IMG/VR virus record: IMGVR_UViG_3300027806_000039
Span: 9,310 to 73,309 of that record
DNA from: a virus
Length of the DNA: 64,000 nt
Strand: one strand, 5' to 3'
Shown here: one piece after another, positions 34,874 to 45,114 of the stretch
Position numbering within the stretch: the stretch's first letter is position 1
Layout of the letters: every line of letters begins with the position of its first letter
Program-made: the position numbers and the translations under genes
The notes under the pieces: model-generated
What the model saw: the letters and a program-made list of their open reading frames with translations, nothing else
Databases searched by the model: none
What the model was told of the DNA's origin: nothing

Positions 34874-37800
34874 CTAGAGAATGGTGACCGGCTGGCCCAG
34901 CCGCGTGAGGTCGCGGTCGATGCCTGCCGCGATCCGCTGAAGAAGCTTGTTCGTGAGCCGGGCTTGGATTAGCTGCGGATCCTGGGCATCAGCCGCCAGA
35001 CCAAGCACGATGGCGGCCCCTTCCTGCGTGCGAACGTCGGCGGTCTGCACGGTGCGAGAGCCGAGCGTGTTCAAGGCGGTAATCCGCTCGACTTGGCGGT
35101 TGTATTCAGCCTCGGCGGCCTTCTGCTGCTCCTCAAAAATTTTCTTCTGCTGTTCTTCGGCAGCCTGCCGTTGCTTTTGCTGCGCGTCCTGAATGGCCTT
35201 TTGCTGCTCTAAAAACTTTTCCCGCTGGCCAGCCGCACCACTGGCGATGTCTCGCTCTTTCGCCGCGACCTTGTCAATCTGGGCGATCCGCTGATTCGCC
35301 GCCTTGATGGCTTCCTTGTCGCCAGCATCTTGCGCGGCTTGAAGTTGCTTCTGAACGTTCGCCTTTTCTTCCTCGAGCTTGGCAAGATTCTCTGCTGCCT
35401 TGATCTGCGCTTGCTGCTGCTTGTCCAGCGAGTCGAAGATCATCTGATCGACTTCCTTCTGGACTTCTTCGCGGCGCTTCGCAGCGTCTTCGATGTTCTT
35501 GATTTCCTGCTCAAAAGCCTTCTGCTGCGCGGCAACCTGCTGATCTAGCCCTTCTTTGTTGAGGATGCCGTCCTTTGCTTGCTCCTGGGCCTGAGCAACG
35601 CCTTCTTGCAGGCGAGCAAACGCCTCTGCGCCGGCGTTGCCGAACTCAGCAGCCTGTGCCGCAGCGTCGTTCAGGCCGGAGTTGATTGCCTCAAAGGCGG
35701 GGCCAAAGCCGGCTTCTCCAAAGCCTTGCTCGGCAGCCTGAAGGTTCTCTTCCAGTTGTGCCTGCACTTGGTCAAGTTGCGTGACGCGGGCCGCAGCCGC
35801 ATTTGCGGCATCGGCGTTGCCAGCATCACGAGCGGCAGCCTGTGCCTCTTCGGCACGCTGGATTTCACGAGTGACCGCGTCAAGGTCTTCCTGAATCTTG
35901 CCGGCTGCGTCATTGGTCTGGAGAAGACCTTCAATTCGTTTCTGGTCGGCTTCTGCTTGCTTCGCAGCGGCGTCAGCCGCTTCCTGACGCTTGGCAATCT
36001 CTTCGTCAAGCTTCTGGTTCAGTTGATCCATGAAGCCGTTCATGATCTGTATCTGCACCGGCAGCAGCTCGCCTTGCTTGACTTGTTCCTTGAAGATGTC
36101 GAGCGTCTCCATCGACTTCTTGAGCGTCTCGTCAGCACCGTCGCCGGCCGACTTGAAATACGCTTCAAGGCGTTGCTGTGACTCGTCCAGGTTTGTGGCT
36201 ACCTTTACTTCTGGCAGCCGAGATCGCTCAATTTCTTCCTTGAGTCCACGCAGGTAATTTTGCGCTGCGCCTTGCCCCCGCTGCTCGGCGTTTGCAGTCC
36301 CACCGCCGAACGCAGCATTAAACGCATCGGCGGCATTTTTAGCCGCGCTTTGGGCTTCGATTTCGTTTTGGCGAATGGACTCCCTTGCCGACGCGGCAAT
36401 GGTCATCCCTGCCTGCTCCAGATCGTCGCTGACCCACGAACCAATTCCTTCAAGAAATTTTCCGAGTCCGAGCATCAGCGCATTTCCGATGCTCTCAAAA
36501 ACATTGAATACAACGCGCAAAGTCTCCGCAACGCCAGCAATTAGGTTGCCAACAACTGAAAACACTTCGCCGGTGTACTCAAGAGAAACGTTGAACCCGT
36601 CAAAGGATGCAACGAACTTATCAAAGATGCCGGCAAAGTAATCGGCACCACGCAGCAGAGTGTCGGTTATCGCGTTGGCGATTCCACTGCCGCCCGTGCC
36701 TTGCGCGCCAGTTCCCTCAAACGTTTTTACAAACTCAAGAAACTGCTTCGTCACATCTGTGACCGCTGGGGCCAAGTTCCCAAGAACTTGCCCGACAATG
36801 CCCTGCACGGTTGCGAGAACCTTGTCAAAGCCGTCGTTCATCTTGGCTACGTTGTCGATCTGCGTTTGGCTGACAATGATGCCGAGCCGCTGGGCCTCTT
36901 GCTTCAACTCTTCAATGCTCGCTGAACCATCGCGAAACAGCGGAGCGAGTGCCGCGCCCTGCTTACCAAAAATCTCAACTGCGGCAGCGGCTCGGTCGGC
37001 GGCTGTCGGGAGTTGCGAGATGGCATCGCCAATCTCTGAGAACTGTTGCTCTGGCGACAACGCACGCAATTCGGCAACCGAAAGATTGATCTGACGCAGC
37101 GATTTGTCGAGATTGTCTCCGGGTGTCGCCTTGCCAATGTTTACGGCAAGCTTCTGCACAGCCGTTCCGAAAGCTTCGGTGTCAACGCCAGCGAGTTTGG
37201 CTGCGAGCGAGTAGCCTTGGAGGGCTTCGACGCCAATGCCAGTGCGGGCAGAGAAGTCGTTCAGCGTGTCGAGAGAGGAATTGACACTGGTGACGAGCGA
37301 AGCAATGTCGCCGCCGACGCGAGACACCGCATTGCTGATGAGTTGGATTCCATCGACAATCACGCGGCCAATCTCAATGGCGGCAATTACCTTTAGGCTG
37401 CGGCCCAGCTGAGAGATTCCAGCGTCTGCCTTGCCGGCTTCATTTCCGACTGCGTTTAAGTCTGACCGTGCCTTGTCGGCAGCACGGTTGAACTGCTCCT
37501 GTGAGAGCCGGCCGGCATTGAGATGCTGGGCCAACTCTTGCATCTGCTGGTCGTACTTCTCCTGCGGCGTCAGGTTCGCCTGAATGATGCGGGATGCAGC
37601 GGCGGCAGCGTCGGCACGCTCACGCTCGGCACGGGCTGCTTCGGCGTTAGCGCCGCTCGCCTCTGCCGCAGCCCGGTTGTAGGTCTGCTGGTCGATGGCC
37701 CCGAGGTCAAGAAGCCGCGATAGCTTCTCCAGTTCAGCCGCCCTCCGCTCCTCTGCCGTGCGGTTCTGCTCCGTGATCCGCAGCCCGTCCTCGAACGCTG

Positions 37801-38092
37801 CGGCCGTGTCTTTGACTCCCTGCTCCAGGGCGGCGAACTGGCGAGCGTAGTCCTCAGCGTTCAGCCCATTAGCAAGCGCCTGCGCCAGCTTCTCAAAGTC
37901 GCCAGCCGCCTTGGCCTGCGCCGCAGCCGCCGCAGCCGACCCGCTCGCCAGCTTGTCGAGAACGCTGGTTGCCTTGTCGGCTTCCTTGCCGAGATTCGCC
38001 AGTGCACGCTCTACAGGCGTGAGTTGCTTGGGGACGGACGAACCATCCGCCGTCACCTTCATCGCCAGCGACAAGACCTTGGCGTTTGCCAT
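34874..38092 (-). CDS. Tail tape measure protein (phage B)
   Basis: 1072 aa coiled-coil, Ala/Gln/Glu-rich; TPQEKY, IFGKQG motifs; follows the chaperones. Confidence 0.9.
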   Translation of the reverse strand: MANAKVLSLAMKVTADGSSVPKQLTPVERALANLGKEADKATSVLDKLASGSAAAAAAQAKAAGDFEKLAQALANGLNAEDYARQFAALEQGVKDTAAAFEDGLRITEQNRTAEERRAAELEKLSRLLDLGAIDQQTYNRAAAEASGANAEAARAERERADAAAAASRIIQANLTPQEKYDQQMQELAQHLNAGRLSQEQFNRAADKARSDLNAVGNEAGKADAGISQLGRSLKVIAAIEIGRVIVDGIQLISNAVSRVGGDIASLVTSVNSSLDTLNDFSARTGIGVEALQGYSLAAKLAGVDTEAFGTAVQKLAVNIGKATPGDNLDKSLRQINLSVAELRALSPEQQFSEIGDAISQLPTAADRAAAAVEIFGKQGAALAPLFRDGSASIEELKQEAQRLGIIVSQTQIDNVAKMNDGFDKVLATVQGIVGQVLGNLAPAVTDVTKQFLEFVKTFEGTGAQGTGGSGIANAITDTLLRGADYFAGIFDKFVASFDGFNVSLEYTGEVFSVVGNLIAGVAETLRVVFNVFESIGNALMLGLGKFLEGIGSWVSDDLEQAGMTIAASARESIRQNEIEAQSAAKNAADAFNAAFGGGTANAEQRGQGAAQNYLRGLKEEIERSRLPEVKVATNLDESQQRLEAYFKSAGDGADETLKKSMETLDIFKEQVKQGELLPVQIQIMNGFMDQLNQKLDEEIAKRQEAADAAAKQAEADQKRIEGLLQTNDAAGKIQEDLDAVTREIQRAEEAQAAARDAGNADAANAAAARVTQLDQVQAQLEENLQAAEQGFGEAGFGPAFEAINSGLNDAAAQAAEFGNAGAEAFARLQEGVAQAQEQAKDGILNKEGLDQQVAAQQKAFEQEIKNIEDAAKRREEVQKEVDQMIFDSLDKQQQAQIKAAENLAKLEEEKANVQKQLQAAQDAGDKEAIKAANQRIAQIDKVAAKERDIASGAAGQREKFLEQQKAIQDAQQKQRQAAEEQQKKIFEEQQKAAEAEYNRQVERITALNTLGSRTVQTADVRTQEGAAIVLGLAADAQDPQLIQARLTNKLLQRIAAGIDRDLTRLGQPVTIL

Positions 38093-38406
38093 TACCCACC
38101 CAGTTCACGCGATAGCTGCTCGATCACGTCGATCATCTGCTGCCGATGCTGCGGCGGCTTTTCGACAGGAACGAAATCAGAAGCCTTCGGTGCCTTTCCT
38201 TTTGGTGAGTAAGGGGCGAGGATCGCGGACGCAATCAGCCCCGTCTGTTGCCAGTGATTCGGTATCGCCTCGTAGTACCTCGTGAAAGCCATCCACTCGG
38301 CAAGCTCTCGCATCGACATGCGACGCTCGATCTCGCCAACCGTCATCCCGAGGTGGCCCGCCAGACGAAACAGAAATTGCCTCGTCGGGCGGAGGTTCAG
38401 TTTTTT
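38092..38406 (-). CDS. Tail assembly chaperone -1 frameshift extension (gpGT-like)
   Basis: -1 frame from A AAA AAC: KLNLRPTRQFLFRLAGHLGMTVGE...ELAEWMAF. Confidence 0.8.
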   Translation of the reverse strand, partial: KKLNLRPTRQFLFRLAGHLGMTVGEIERRMSMRELAEWMAFTRYYEAIPNHWQQTGLIASAILAPYSPKGKAPKASDFVPVEKPPQHRQQMIDVIEQLSRELGG

Positions 38407-38744
38407 GCCAAGTCCTCCACGTCCTTCTCGGTCACGGCGTTGTGCTTCATGGCCAGGTCGAACAGCTTCGCCATCGCCTTGACGCTCTTGCTGCTCAACT
38501 GGTCGATCTGCTCCGGCGTGAACAACTGCTTGCCGTTCTTGTCGCAGAGGCAGCGCACAAGCAGCTTCGCCCGCCAGTCCTCCATCTTTTCGCGCTTCTC
38601 GGAGAACTCCCGCTGGTATCGCTCCATCTCCCCCACGCTCATCACGCGGATGTAGACGGTGCCGCCGCCCCACTCCTTCACTTCGACGGGAACGAGCGAG
38701 AGGTCATCGGCTGCGAGAATGTCGGCTGCGGTCAGGTCGGCCAT
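38397..38744 (-). CDS. Tail assembly chaperone (gpG-like)
   Basis: VEVKEWGG.VYIRVMS...LVRCLCDKNG..LF...LAKN*. Confidence 0.85.
   Translation of the reverse strand: MADLTAADILAADDLSLVPVEVKEWGGGTVYIRVMSVGEMERYQREFSEKREKMEDWRAKLLVRCLCDKNGKQLFTPEQIDQLSSKSVKAMAKLFDLAMKHNAVTEKDVEDLAKN
38400..38406 (-). other. Programmed -1 frameshift slippery site A AAA AAC
   Basis: Minus strand GCA AAA AAC TGA, X XXY YYZ immediately before the stop. Confidence 0.8.
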
Positions 38745-38746
38745 GC

Positions 38747-39124
38747 TTACTCCTTCACAATCTTGAACGTGCCTTGGTAACGCCACACGTCCTGAACCTT
38801 GCCGAGATTCTGAAGCGATTGGCAGATGGCCTTGGTGCTGAATCCGACCGTGACCACTTGGGAGGTCGCCGTCTGGTTCACTGCCGTGCCGCCAAACGCG
38901 AGCACTCCCTTGCGACCCCACTCGCTAATAGAGAGCCCGGCATTGCTCAGGGCACTCACATCTATAGTGCCAAGGTCAAGCGACCACGGCTCTGATGTAG
39001 TGCCCGTCGGAGTGGGTCCACGTGAGGTGGGAAGCCCGCCGCCGTAGGCCACCTTTAGCTCGGTGATCTCACCAAGCGTAGTGCCCCGCCACGAAGCCGT
39101 AACGCCCGCTGCATAGTGCGCCAT
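38747..39124 (-). CDS. Tail tube-like protein 2 (phage B)
   Basis: Beta-rich, ends GKVQDVWRYQGTFKI. Confidence 0.5.
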   Translation of the reverse strand: MAHYAAGVTASWRGTTLGEITELKVAYGGGLPTSRGPTPTGTTSEPWSLDLGTIDVSALSNAGLSISEWGRKGVLAFGGTAVNQTATSQVVTVGFSTKAICQSLQNLGKVQDVWRYQGTFKIVKE

Positions 39125-39143
39125 GACGGGCCTCCGTCACGGA

Positions 39144-39569
39144 CTAGCGGACAATACGGATCGTCGCCTGCCCGCGAACGGCATCCTGGGTGGCAAGCGT
39201 CAGCGTCGAAGACTGCACCGTGCCGCCCTTGCCGACAAGCGTTGAGCGCGAGGCAGTCGGGCCGTAGCTGATCGTGATCGTCCCGGTCTGCTTGTCCTCA
39301 ATCAGTGACATGCCGACGTAATCAAACTGAACAGTGCGGCCAGTATCGCCAGAGGCGGCGCCGGCCAGCGGCAAGTCAAGCGTCTTGGCTAGTTCGCCCA
39401 CAGTCTGACCGAGGTGCGCCACATTGATCTTCTCGTCCTCAGCAGTCGGATCGGTATACGAAATGACGATGTTCGTGACCGTATAGACGTGTGCCGTCGT
39501 GGCCGATCCGGTGGTCGGATTCCATGTGAGCAGGATGCCGCCGCTGTCATGGGGAGTCTCGAAAGCCAT
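39144..39569 (-). CDS. Tail tube protein (phage B)
   Basis: EKINVAHLG...DTGRTVQFDY...DAVRGQATIRI. Confidence 0.6.
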   Translation of the reverse strand: MAFETPHDSGGILLTWNPTTGSATTAHVYTVTNIVISYTDPTAEDEKINVAHLGQTVGELAKTLDLPLAGAASGDTGRTVQFDYVGMSLIEDKQTGTITISYGPTASRSTLVGKGGTVQSSTLTLATQDAVRGQATIRIVR

Positions 39570-39572
39570 TCG

Positions 39573-39989
39573 TCAAATCTCCTGCCAGAGGATCGAGAAA
39601 GTCAGTTGCACGGTGTAGACCGGCGGGAGGTCTCCGCCGGCCAGCGTCACGAACCCGTCCGCCTCGTTCGTGAGACTGACGTTCGCCACTCTTACATCGT
39701 TCACAGTGCCGCCCCACCCATCCAGAGCCTTCCGGCAAGCATCCGAAAGCTCCCTTACTGCCTCATATGTCTCTGCAAATACGTCGAGCGAGAGCAGCAC
39801 CGTCGGCATCCCAATCGGGCCGGAAAGCCCCTGCTGACGCTGAACGCTGATTCGCCGCCACGTGGCAAACGGCAGATCCGCAGACGCCGGCGCGAGCACA
39901 GGGAAAATCTTGTTTCCGAGAATCGCGGCCACGCCGGCATCGGAGACGAGCTGCTGGCGGATGGCGACTTCGGGGCTTTTGAACGGCAT
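39573..39989 (-). CDS. Tail terminator (DUF3168 / gp17-like)
   Basis: KIFPVLAP...LPFATWRRIS...ALDGW. Confidence 0.8.
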   Translation of the reverse strand: MPFKSPEVAIRQQLVSDAGVAAILGNKIFPVLAPASADLPFATWRRISVQRQQGLSGPIGMPTVLLSLDVFAETYEAVRELSDACRKALDGWGGTVNDVRVANVSLTNEADGFVTLAGGDLPPVYTVQLTFSILWQEI

Positions 39990-39991
39990 GG

Positions 39992-40774
39992 CTACGCTCC
40001 GGTGACTGAGCCGCTGTCGCGGAGGATCAGTGCGTTCCACGCCCGCGACAGCGAGATGGCAAGCTCTTCTTGCAGGATCGCCGCCATCTGGCCGGAGGTG
40101 TCCTCAAACGCAGTCTGTACGGGCGGCTGACCAGCCACGCCACCGGCCGGCGTCGGCGGAATCTGGAACGGCACACTGGACGCCTTGAAGAACGCCTTCG
40201 GATAGCCGGGCTCAGTCTCCACACGGCGGTTTTCGTCGTCGCGTGGCGTCTCTAACGTCCGAAACGGTCCAAGCCGATTGAACGACGAAGCGATGTACTG
40301 ATTCTGCCCTGCCTTGACGACGTGCGGTCGAACCTCGACCGCCGGGCGTCCTGGCAGCCGCCGAGTGTGCCCACGCCTGCCGTATGGCGTCGTGCTCTTG
40401 CGGTTGATCTGGCGCGGCTTGGTGCCGAACTCTAACCACCATTGGTGGAACGCCCGGTCTTTTCCGGCTCGCACCGTGCCGCCTTGGGCGCTCTGGGAAC
40501 TACCCACGCCTGACCGCTCGTAGCCAACCAGGGCCACCGCACCACCATCATTCGGATACGTCTTGATCTTCGTCGTGGCGGCCCGCAGCAGATTGCCCGT
40601 CGGCCCCTGCGGCGTCACCTGCTGGAGCCGCTGGTACGCCGGCACGATTGCCTTCTTCAGGGCGGCACCGAGCAGCGTCGATGTCGCACGCGGTCTGCCA
40701 AGCGCCAAGAGGTCACGCCGGATTCGCTCCAGTTCCGTGAACTCGACCGAGATGCCGATGCCGGCGACAGCCAT
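39992..40774 (-). CDS. HK97 gp10-like neck/tail protein
   Basis: TPQGPTGNL, HQWWLEFGT, QPPVQTAF. Confidence 0.8.
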   Translation of the reverse strand: MAVAGIGISVEFTELERIRRDLLALGRPRATSTLLGAALKKAIVPAYQRLQQVTPQGPTGNLLRAATTKIKTYPNDGGAVALVGYERSGVGSSQSAQGGTVRAGKDRAFHQWWLEFGTKPRQINRKSTTPYGRRGHTRRLPGRPAVEVRPHVVKAGQNQYIASSFNRLGPFRTLETPRDDENRRVETEPGYPKAFFKASSVPFQIPPTPAGGVAGQPPVQTAFEDTSGQMAAILQEELAISLSRAWNALILRDSGSVTGA

Positions 40775-41092
40775 CTAGACCTGCTCCTGGCACAGAGCCT
40801 CATGCTCGCTGCGGTTGTTGTGCTCGAGCAGCGACACGATCTCCAGTTTGCGGCCACGCCACGCGAATCGCATGTTCTGCGTCAGCCCATCGACGTACCG
40901 CAGCCGCACGCGATGGCTCATGTCGATCTGCTGCTGGCCAGCTTGCAGGAACTCTCGCGACGACACACCTTCGACGCTGGCCCACCGCTCCGCGAACGTC
41001 TCCCACTTCAGCACAGTTTCGCCGAGAGCGTTGCGGCTTTCGGTCGCCCGCTCAATCGTGACTCGCTCACGGAGCTTGCCGGGGTCGATCAC
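40775..41092 (-). CDS. Head closure protein (SPP1 gp16-like)
   Basis: MIDPGKLRERVTI...WASVE...RY...MR. Confidence 0.88.
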   Translation of the reverse strand: MIDPGKLRERVTIERATESRNALGETVLKWETFAERWASVEGVSSREFLQAGQQQIDMSHRVRLRYVDGLTQNMRFAWRGRKLEIVSLLEHNNRSEHEALCQEQV

Positions 41093-41544
41093 GTAACGGT
41101 TCCCTCACCGATGACGATGATGTCATACGTGACGCCCGCACCGCCCGATACGGTCAGCGTGTTGCCAGTGACGCCGTCGGCACTGGGATCGACAATCACG
41201 ACCATGCCATTTGGCTTGAGCGGCCACGCCGTGAAGGCACCGGAGAACGTGACCGAGAGTGTCGGGTGCGTGTTCTTCACGACCACCGCCTTGACCGCAG
41301 AGAAGGCGACCGTAACGGCCGCACCATCCCGCGTGTCTGAAATGCCGGTAAGCGTCAGCGACTCGGAGCCACTGGCAAGCGTGCGGGAGTCACTCCACGA
41401 AATCTGAGCCTCGCTCGCCCCCGTGCCGTCAGTGAGTGACACCCAATAGCGGAAGGGCGTCGTGCGAATTTCACTCGACACGTCGTTCGACCGCGTCTCG
41501 CGCACGTAGGCATCAACGAGAATCTGTGCCGCTTCCAGGCTCAT
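41089..41544 (-). CDS. Hypothetical virion protein
   Basis: Beta-rich, coupled between connector and closure genes. Confidence 0.6.
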   Translation of the reverse strand: MSLEAAQILVDAYVRETRSNDVSSEIRTTPFRYWVSLTDGTGASEAQISWSDSRTLASGSESLTLTGISDTRDGAAVTVAFSAVKAVVVKNTHPTLSVTFSGAFTAWPLKPNGMVVIVDPSADGVTGNTLTVSGGAGVTYDIIVIGEGTVT

Positions 41545-42140
41545 CGGTAGCTCCCCCACTTGGCCGCATCAAGCAACGCTTTGACGCCGAACGGGATCTC
41601 GCTCAGGTTCGCCGCGTCAGCCGCCATGCGGCGTTCGTACCACATGCCCACAAGCCACAGGATCGCGTTCCGCACGCCTTGTGGCACATCGCTGCCGCTC
41701 GCCCCACGACCCGCCCACCACGTCACCGTGACGGCGTTGTAGTCCTCGAGGTAGGCAGGCCACGCCCCGCCATAGAGATGGCGGATGACGCCGGGCCGCG
41801 CGTCGCGGTCAACCCGGTACTGGGCAGTCGAGAGCGTGGCGGTGGTGCCGTTTTCGTTCTGCGTGTACGTGATCGTGGTGGCCGTGTGCGTACCAGCCGT
41901 GGCCATCGGCGGCTTCGGCAGTTCGATCTCGGGCGGAAACCCGTCCATCTTCATGACGAGCTGCTGATGAATCAGAGCCTCGTCCAAGTAGGCTTCGACC
42001 CACTGGCGAGCCGCCGTGATGAGGGAGGACACGTAGGCATCATCTGCCGTCGTGTCGATCCGGCAGTGAGCCTTCGCCTCTGCCAGCGTGACCGGCTCCA
42101 CGGCGGGCTGGCTGGCGACACGCAGGGAGCGGTAGTGCAT
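41541..42140 (-). CDS. Head-tail connector (gp6-like)
   Basis: EPVTLAEAKAHCRID...AAR...AIL.LVG.WYE.R. Confidence 0.9.
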   Translation of the reverse strand: MHYRSLRVASQPAVEPVTLAEAKAHCRIDTTADDAYVSSLITAARQWVEAYLDEALIHQQLVMKMDGFPPEIELPKPPMATAGTHTATTITYTQNENGTTATLSTAQYRVDRDARPGVIRHLYGGAWPAYLEDYNAVTVTWWAGRGASGSDVPQGVRNAILWLVGMWYERRMAADAANLSEIPFGVKALLDAAKWGSYR

Positions 42141-42143
42141 TGG

Positions 42144-42350
42144 TCACGCCTTGGGAGGTCTGCCGCGGCGTCGGGGGGTCGCGTCGGCTGATTCGCCGCC
42201 GGGCTCCACCGCCGCCGTCTCGATCAAATCCATCTGCTGCTCACGGACGGCGAGCCCATCATTGATGAGCCGCACCGCCGTCACGTCCTCGCACTCGACC
42301 ACGTCGCCCACGCGATAGGTCGAGTAGTTCTTGGTCAACTTGATTTTCAT
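42144..42350 (-). CDS. Small head-associated protein
   Basis: YRVGDVVE...LINDGLA...RRGRPPK. Confidence 0.65.
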   Translation of the reverse strand: MKIKLTKNYSTYRVGDVVECEDVTAVRLINDGLAVREQQMDLIETAAVEPGGESADATPRRRGRPPKA

Positions 42351-43084
42351 GCTTCGGGCACCCTCCATGCAGTTTCCGGGCGTTTGTTCGTGCTGGTGAA
42401 CTCGGTGGCGTACTGGTAGACGGGCTTGCTGAAGTCACGCCCCGGCCATGTCACGACGTATTCCCCGTGGCCGATGCAGACGCGGGGCGTGACGAACACG
42501 CGATTGCCGCTGGCTCGCCAGTTCGCCCAGTAAAAAATGTCAGGGTCTAATCTGCCGTCTCCCCAGCTTCCGCTCGGGTCGGGCTTGCTCCAGAACCACG
42601 GCTTCTTCGCCCGCTTCAGAGCGGCCGTCGAGATAATCGTGCACCCAAAATGCGCCGTGTCGACAGGCTGCACGGGCTCCGCGAACCACTCTCGCGGCAG
42701 CGTGGTCGCTCCGCTTTCAGGCGGATTGTCGAGCGTGCCGAGCAACGTCAACATCGGCCTGCCGTCCTCGCGCTTCGTCTGGATCGGGGCGAGGGCATCG
42801 CACTGGAACGTGAGAGCCAATGCAAAGAGATGTTCGACATCTTCCTTTGTGTAGAAGGAATCGTAGTCGGTCAGGAGCAGATACTCCGCCTTGTCGATCA
42901 TCTGCTCCATGCAGCGGGTATTCACCTGATCCCAAAAGCAGCCGGTGCCGATGGTCGGCCGGATGCCGAGCGGCGTCAGCGCCTGAGCCCAGCCGAACGT
43001 GTTGCTGGTAAACGTCAGGCGAGGCATCGACATGATTGCCTCGACGCGAACGTCCACCTGGGTATCGCCAACTCGCACGAGCAT
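42347..43084 (-). CDS. GT-A glycosyltransferase-like protein within the head module
   Basis: LLLTDYD (DxD), HFGCTII, KPWF, DIFYW, CIGH. Confidence 0.7.
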   Translation of the reverse strand: MLVRVGDTQVDVRVEAIMSMPRLTFTSNTFGWAQALTPLGIRPTIGTGCFWDQVNTRCMEQMIDKAEYLLLTDYDSFYTKEDVEHLFALALTFQCDALAPIQTKREDGRPMLTLLGTLDNPPESGATTLPREWFAEPVQPVDTAHFGCTIISTAALKRAKKPWFWSKPDPSGSWGDGRLDPDIFYWANWRASGNRVFVTPRVCIGHGEYVVTWPGRDFSKPVYQYATEFTSTNKRPETAWRVPEA

Positions 43085-43096
43085 CTATGCGGCTCC

Positions 43097-43137
43097 AAAA
43101 AAGAAACGGCTGGCAGAGGCAATCCCCTGCCAGCCGT
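43097..43137 (-). terminator. Rho-independent terminator after the capsid genes
   Basis: ACGGCTGGCAG/CTGCCAGCCGT stem followed by TTCTTTTTT on the minus strand. Confidence 0.8.
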
Positions 43138-43161
43138 CCAAGATGCTCTTGCTGTCAAGCG

Positions 43162-43611
43162 TCAGGAGTTGACGACCACCTGCACGCCAGACGAAGCAGC
43201 GTCCGACGCACCGATCTCGCCGCGGCCGAGCCGCACGACGCTGGCCACCACGCTCGCAGCGGTCGGCGTGGCATTGACCCGCAGGTACCGCTTGCGGCCC
43301 CGGAGGTCGATGTTCAGCCGCACGACGTTGCTGCCAGCCGTCCGCGATCCGCTGGAGGGGATCGTGAAGCCGCCGGTGCCGCCGCCCACGAGGGCCGCGA
43401 TGTCAGAGTAGCCGGTCGCCGAAGCGTCCGACTCCTCGACCTTGAGCGCCCGGCAGATGGCGTCGGTCGTGGCCGCGTTCGGCTCGAGCACCACATCGAT
43501 GGACGCATAGGCAAAGCCGAGCGTGTCGATGGTGTGCTGAGCAGTCTGCGAGGTCGTGGTGTCCGCAGTGCCGATGATGGCATCCGTCTTGGAACGAGCC
43601 AGATGAAGCAT
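43162..43611 (-). CDS. Capsid decoration/cement protein (Bbp16-like)
   Basis: IDTLGF...KVEESD...RKRYLRV; directly after MCP. Confidence 0.7.
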   Translation of the reverse strand: MLHLARSKTDAIIGTADTTTSQTAQHTIDTLGFAYASIDVVLEPNAATTDAICRALKVEESDASATGYSDIAALVGGGTGGFTIPSSGSRTAGSNVVRLNIDLRGRKRYLRVNATPTAASVVASVVRLGRGEIGASDAASSGVQVVVNS

Positions 43612-43642
43612 GGGTCAGATTCTCCTTAGAAGGATGCTAGGG

Positions 43643-45007
43643 TCAGGCGGCGAACCGCAGGGCGACGATGGGACCGGCCTTGCTGTTGTTGCCCAGGTCG
43701 TGGGCCACGATGGCAACACGGCTGGTCGCGAACGTCAGGGTCTGGTCGAACTCCACGAACCGGCTGGTGTCGGTCTTGATCGTGATCGCCCGCCGCTCAC
43801 CGAAGGTAGCAGCCTGCGACAGATCACCGAAGAGGCAGGCCACGCCGTTCGCGGTGCCCGACAGCCGGCTCTCAAGCGGATGGCAGAGGACGACTGGAAA
43901 TCCAAGGAACTGGAGGCCAGCCCCGCCGGCCACATCGGCCACGCTGTTGCCCGACGCAGCGACCATGAGCCGCAGCATCGAGGAGCCGTAGCCAGCCGGG
44001 GAGATGTACCACTTGGCGTTCCGGCGGGCGTAGAGCGGGAGCCGCGCCACGACAGCCGTGTAGTCGGTCAGCGTCAGATCCGCGAACACGTCGTTGTTGG
44101 TGGCGGCATTTACGACCGACGCGGTGTGCGTGCCGTCGATGATCGCCGTCGCCACGCCGACCGTGCCGTGGTAGGTCGAAGAACCGTCGCCGATGAGCCC
44201 GGCATTGTCGAAGGCTTCCGCGAACGACTGAGCCACCTCAACCGCCATTGCATCCGCAAGGTCGATGACGGAGTCTTCCATCAGCGAGTTCGGGATGCGG
44301 TTATCGATGCCCCAGAGCTTCGCAATCAGGTTGACGTTGTCGAACGTCACGTCGCTGGTCGCGGGAGCAGCGTTCTCGCCAATCGGGCGAGCCGACAGGC
44401 CACCAGTCCGACGAGCGAACAGCATCGAATCGCTGTTCATCGCGACCCGGCGAGCGTTGGCGGGGAACGCACCGAACTCCTCAACCAGACGCACGATCTC
44501 AGCGCTCATCTCGTCCGAGACAAGAACGCCACCGAGCGAGTTGATGCCGCCGGCCTGAGCCCGCGACTCAACGCCGTGATCGCGGCACCACCGACGGGCT
44601 TCCTCGTCACCGAGCACGTAGCCCTTCAGGTGCATGCCGGCACGATAGGCCCGCTCCTCCGCGTTCGGACCACCGAACGCCTTGAGCCGGCCAGTAGCAC
44701 GGGGGATCGCAAAATGACGCTTCTCCACAGTCGGCTCCTTCACCTCGGGGGCTTCGGTCTTCTCGATGGCCTTCGCGGGAGCGGCACGCTCCAGAACGCT
44801 GCGGAGTTCAAGCTCCTTGGCCTGGACGCGCTGCACGAACTCAATCTGCGAGCGAAGCTTGTCGGCCTTCTGCTCCAGGCTGCGGAGGGACGCCTCCTGC
44901 TCCTCGGTCATCGCGGGGGCATCGCCCTCAGCGGGGGCTTGCGAGGTCGCCTCCATCTCGGCGACCACGGCGGCGAGTTCGTCCAGCAGCTTCTTGAGCT
45001 TGTCCAC
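43643..45007 (-). CDS. Major capsid protein, HK97 family (phage B)
   Basis: Coiled-coil delta domain; GGVLV.DE, IGENAA, FGDLS, FEFDQ-like motifs. Confidence 0.93.
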   Translation of the reverse strand: MDKLKKLLDELAAVVAEMEATSQAPAEGDAPAMTEEQEASLRSLEQKADKLRSQIEFVQRVQAKELELRSVLERAAPAKAIEKTEAPEVKEPTVEKRHFAIPRATGRLKAFGGPNAEERAYRAGMHLKGYVLGDEEARRWCRDHGVESRAQAGGINSLGGVLVSDEMSAEIVRLVEEFGAFPANARRVAMNSDSMLFARRTGGLSARPIGENAAPATSDVTFDNVNLIAKLWGIDNRIPNSLMEDSVIDLADAMAVEVAQSFAEAFDNAGLIGDGSSTYHGTVGVATAIIDGTHTASVVNAATNNDVFADLTLTDYTAVVARLPLYARRNAKWYISPAGYGSSMLRLMVAASGNSVADVAGGAGLQFLGFPVVLCHPLESRLSGTANGVACLFGDLSQAATFGERRAITIKTDTSRFVEFDQTLTFATSRVAIVAHDLGNNSKAGPIVALRFAA

Positions 45008-45114
45008 GTGCGATGCTCCTTGTTCGGGTTCAGACGGCCGCTGCCGTCCACAACGTCGAAACTAGGAGGACGCCCCCGCACCCATGCAGATATGCGGTCG
45101 TGACAGTAAAGAAC

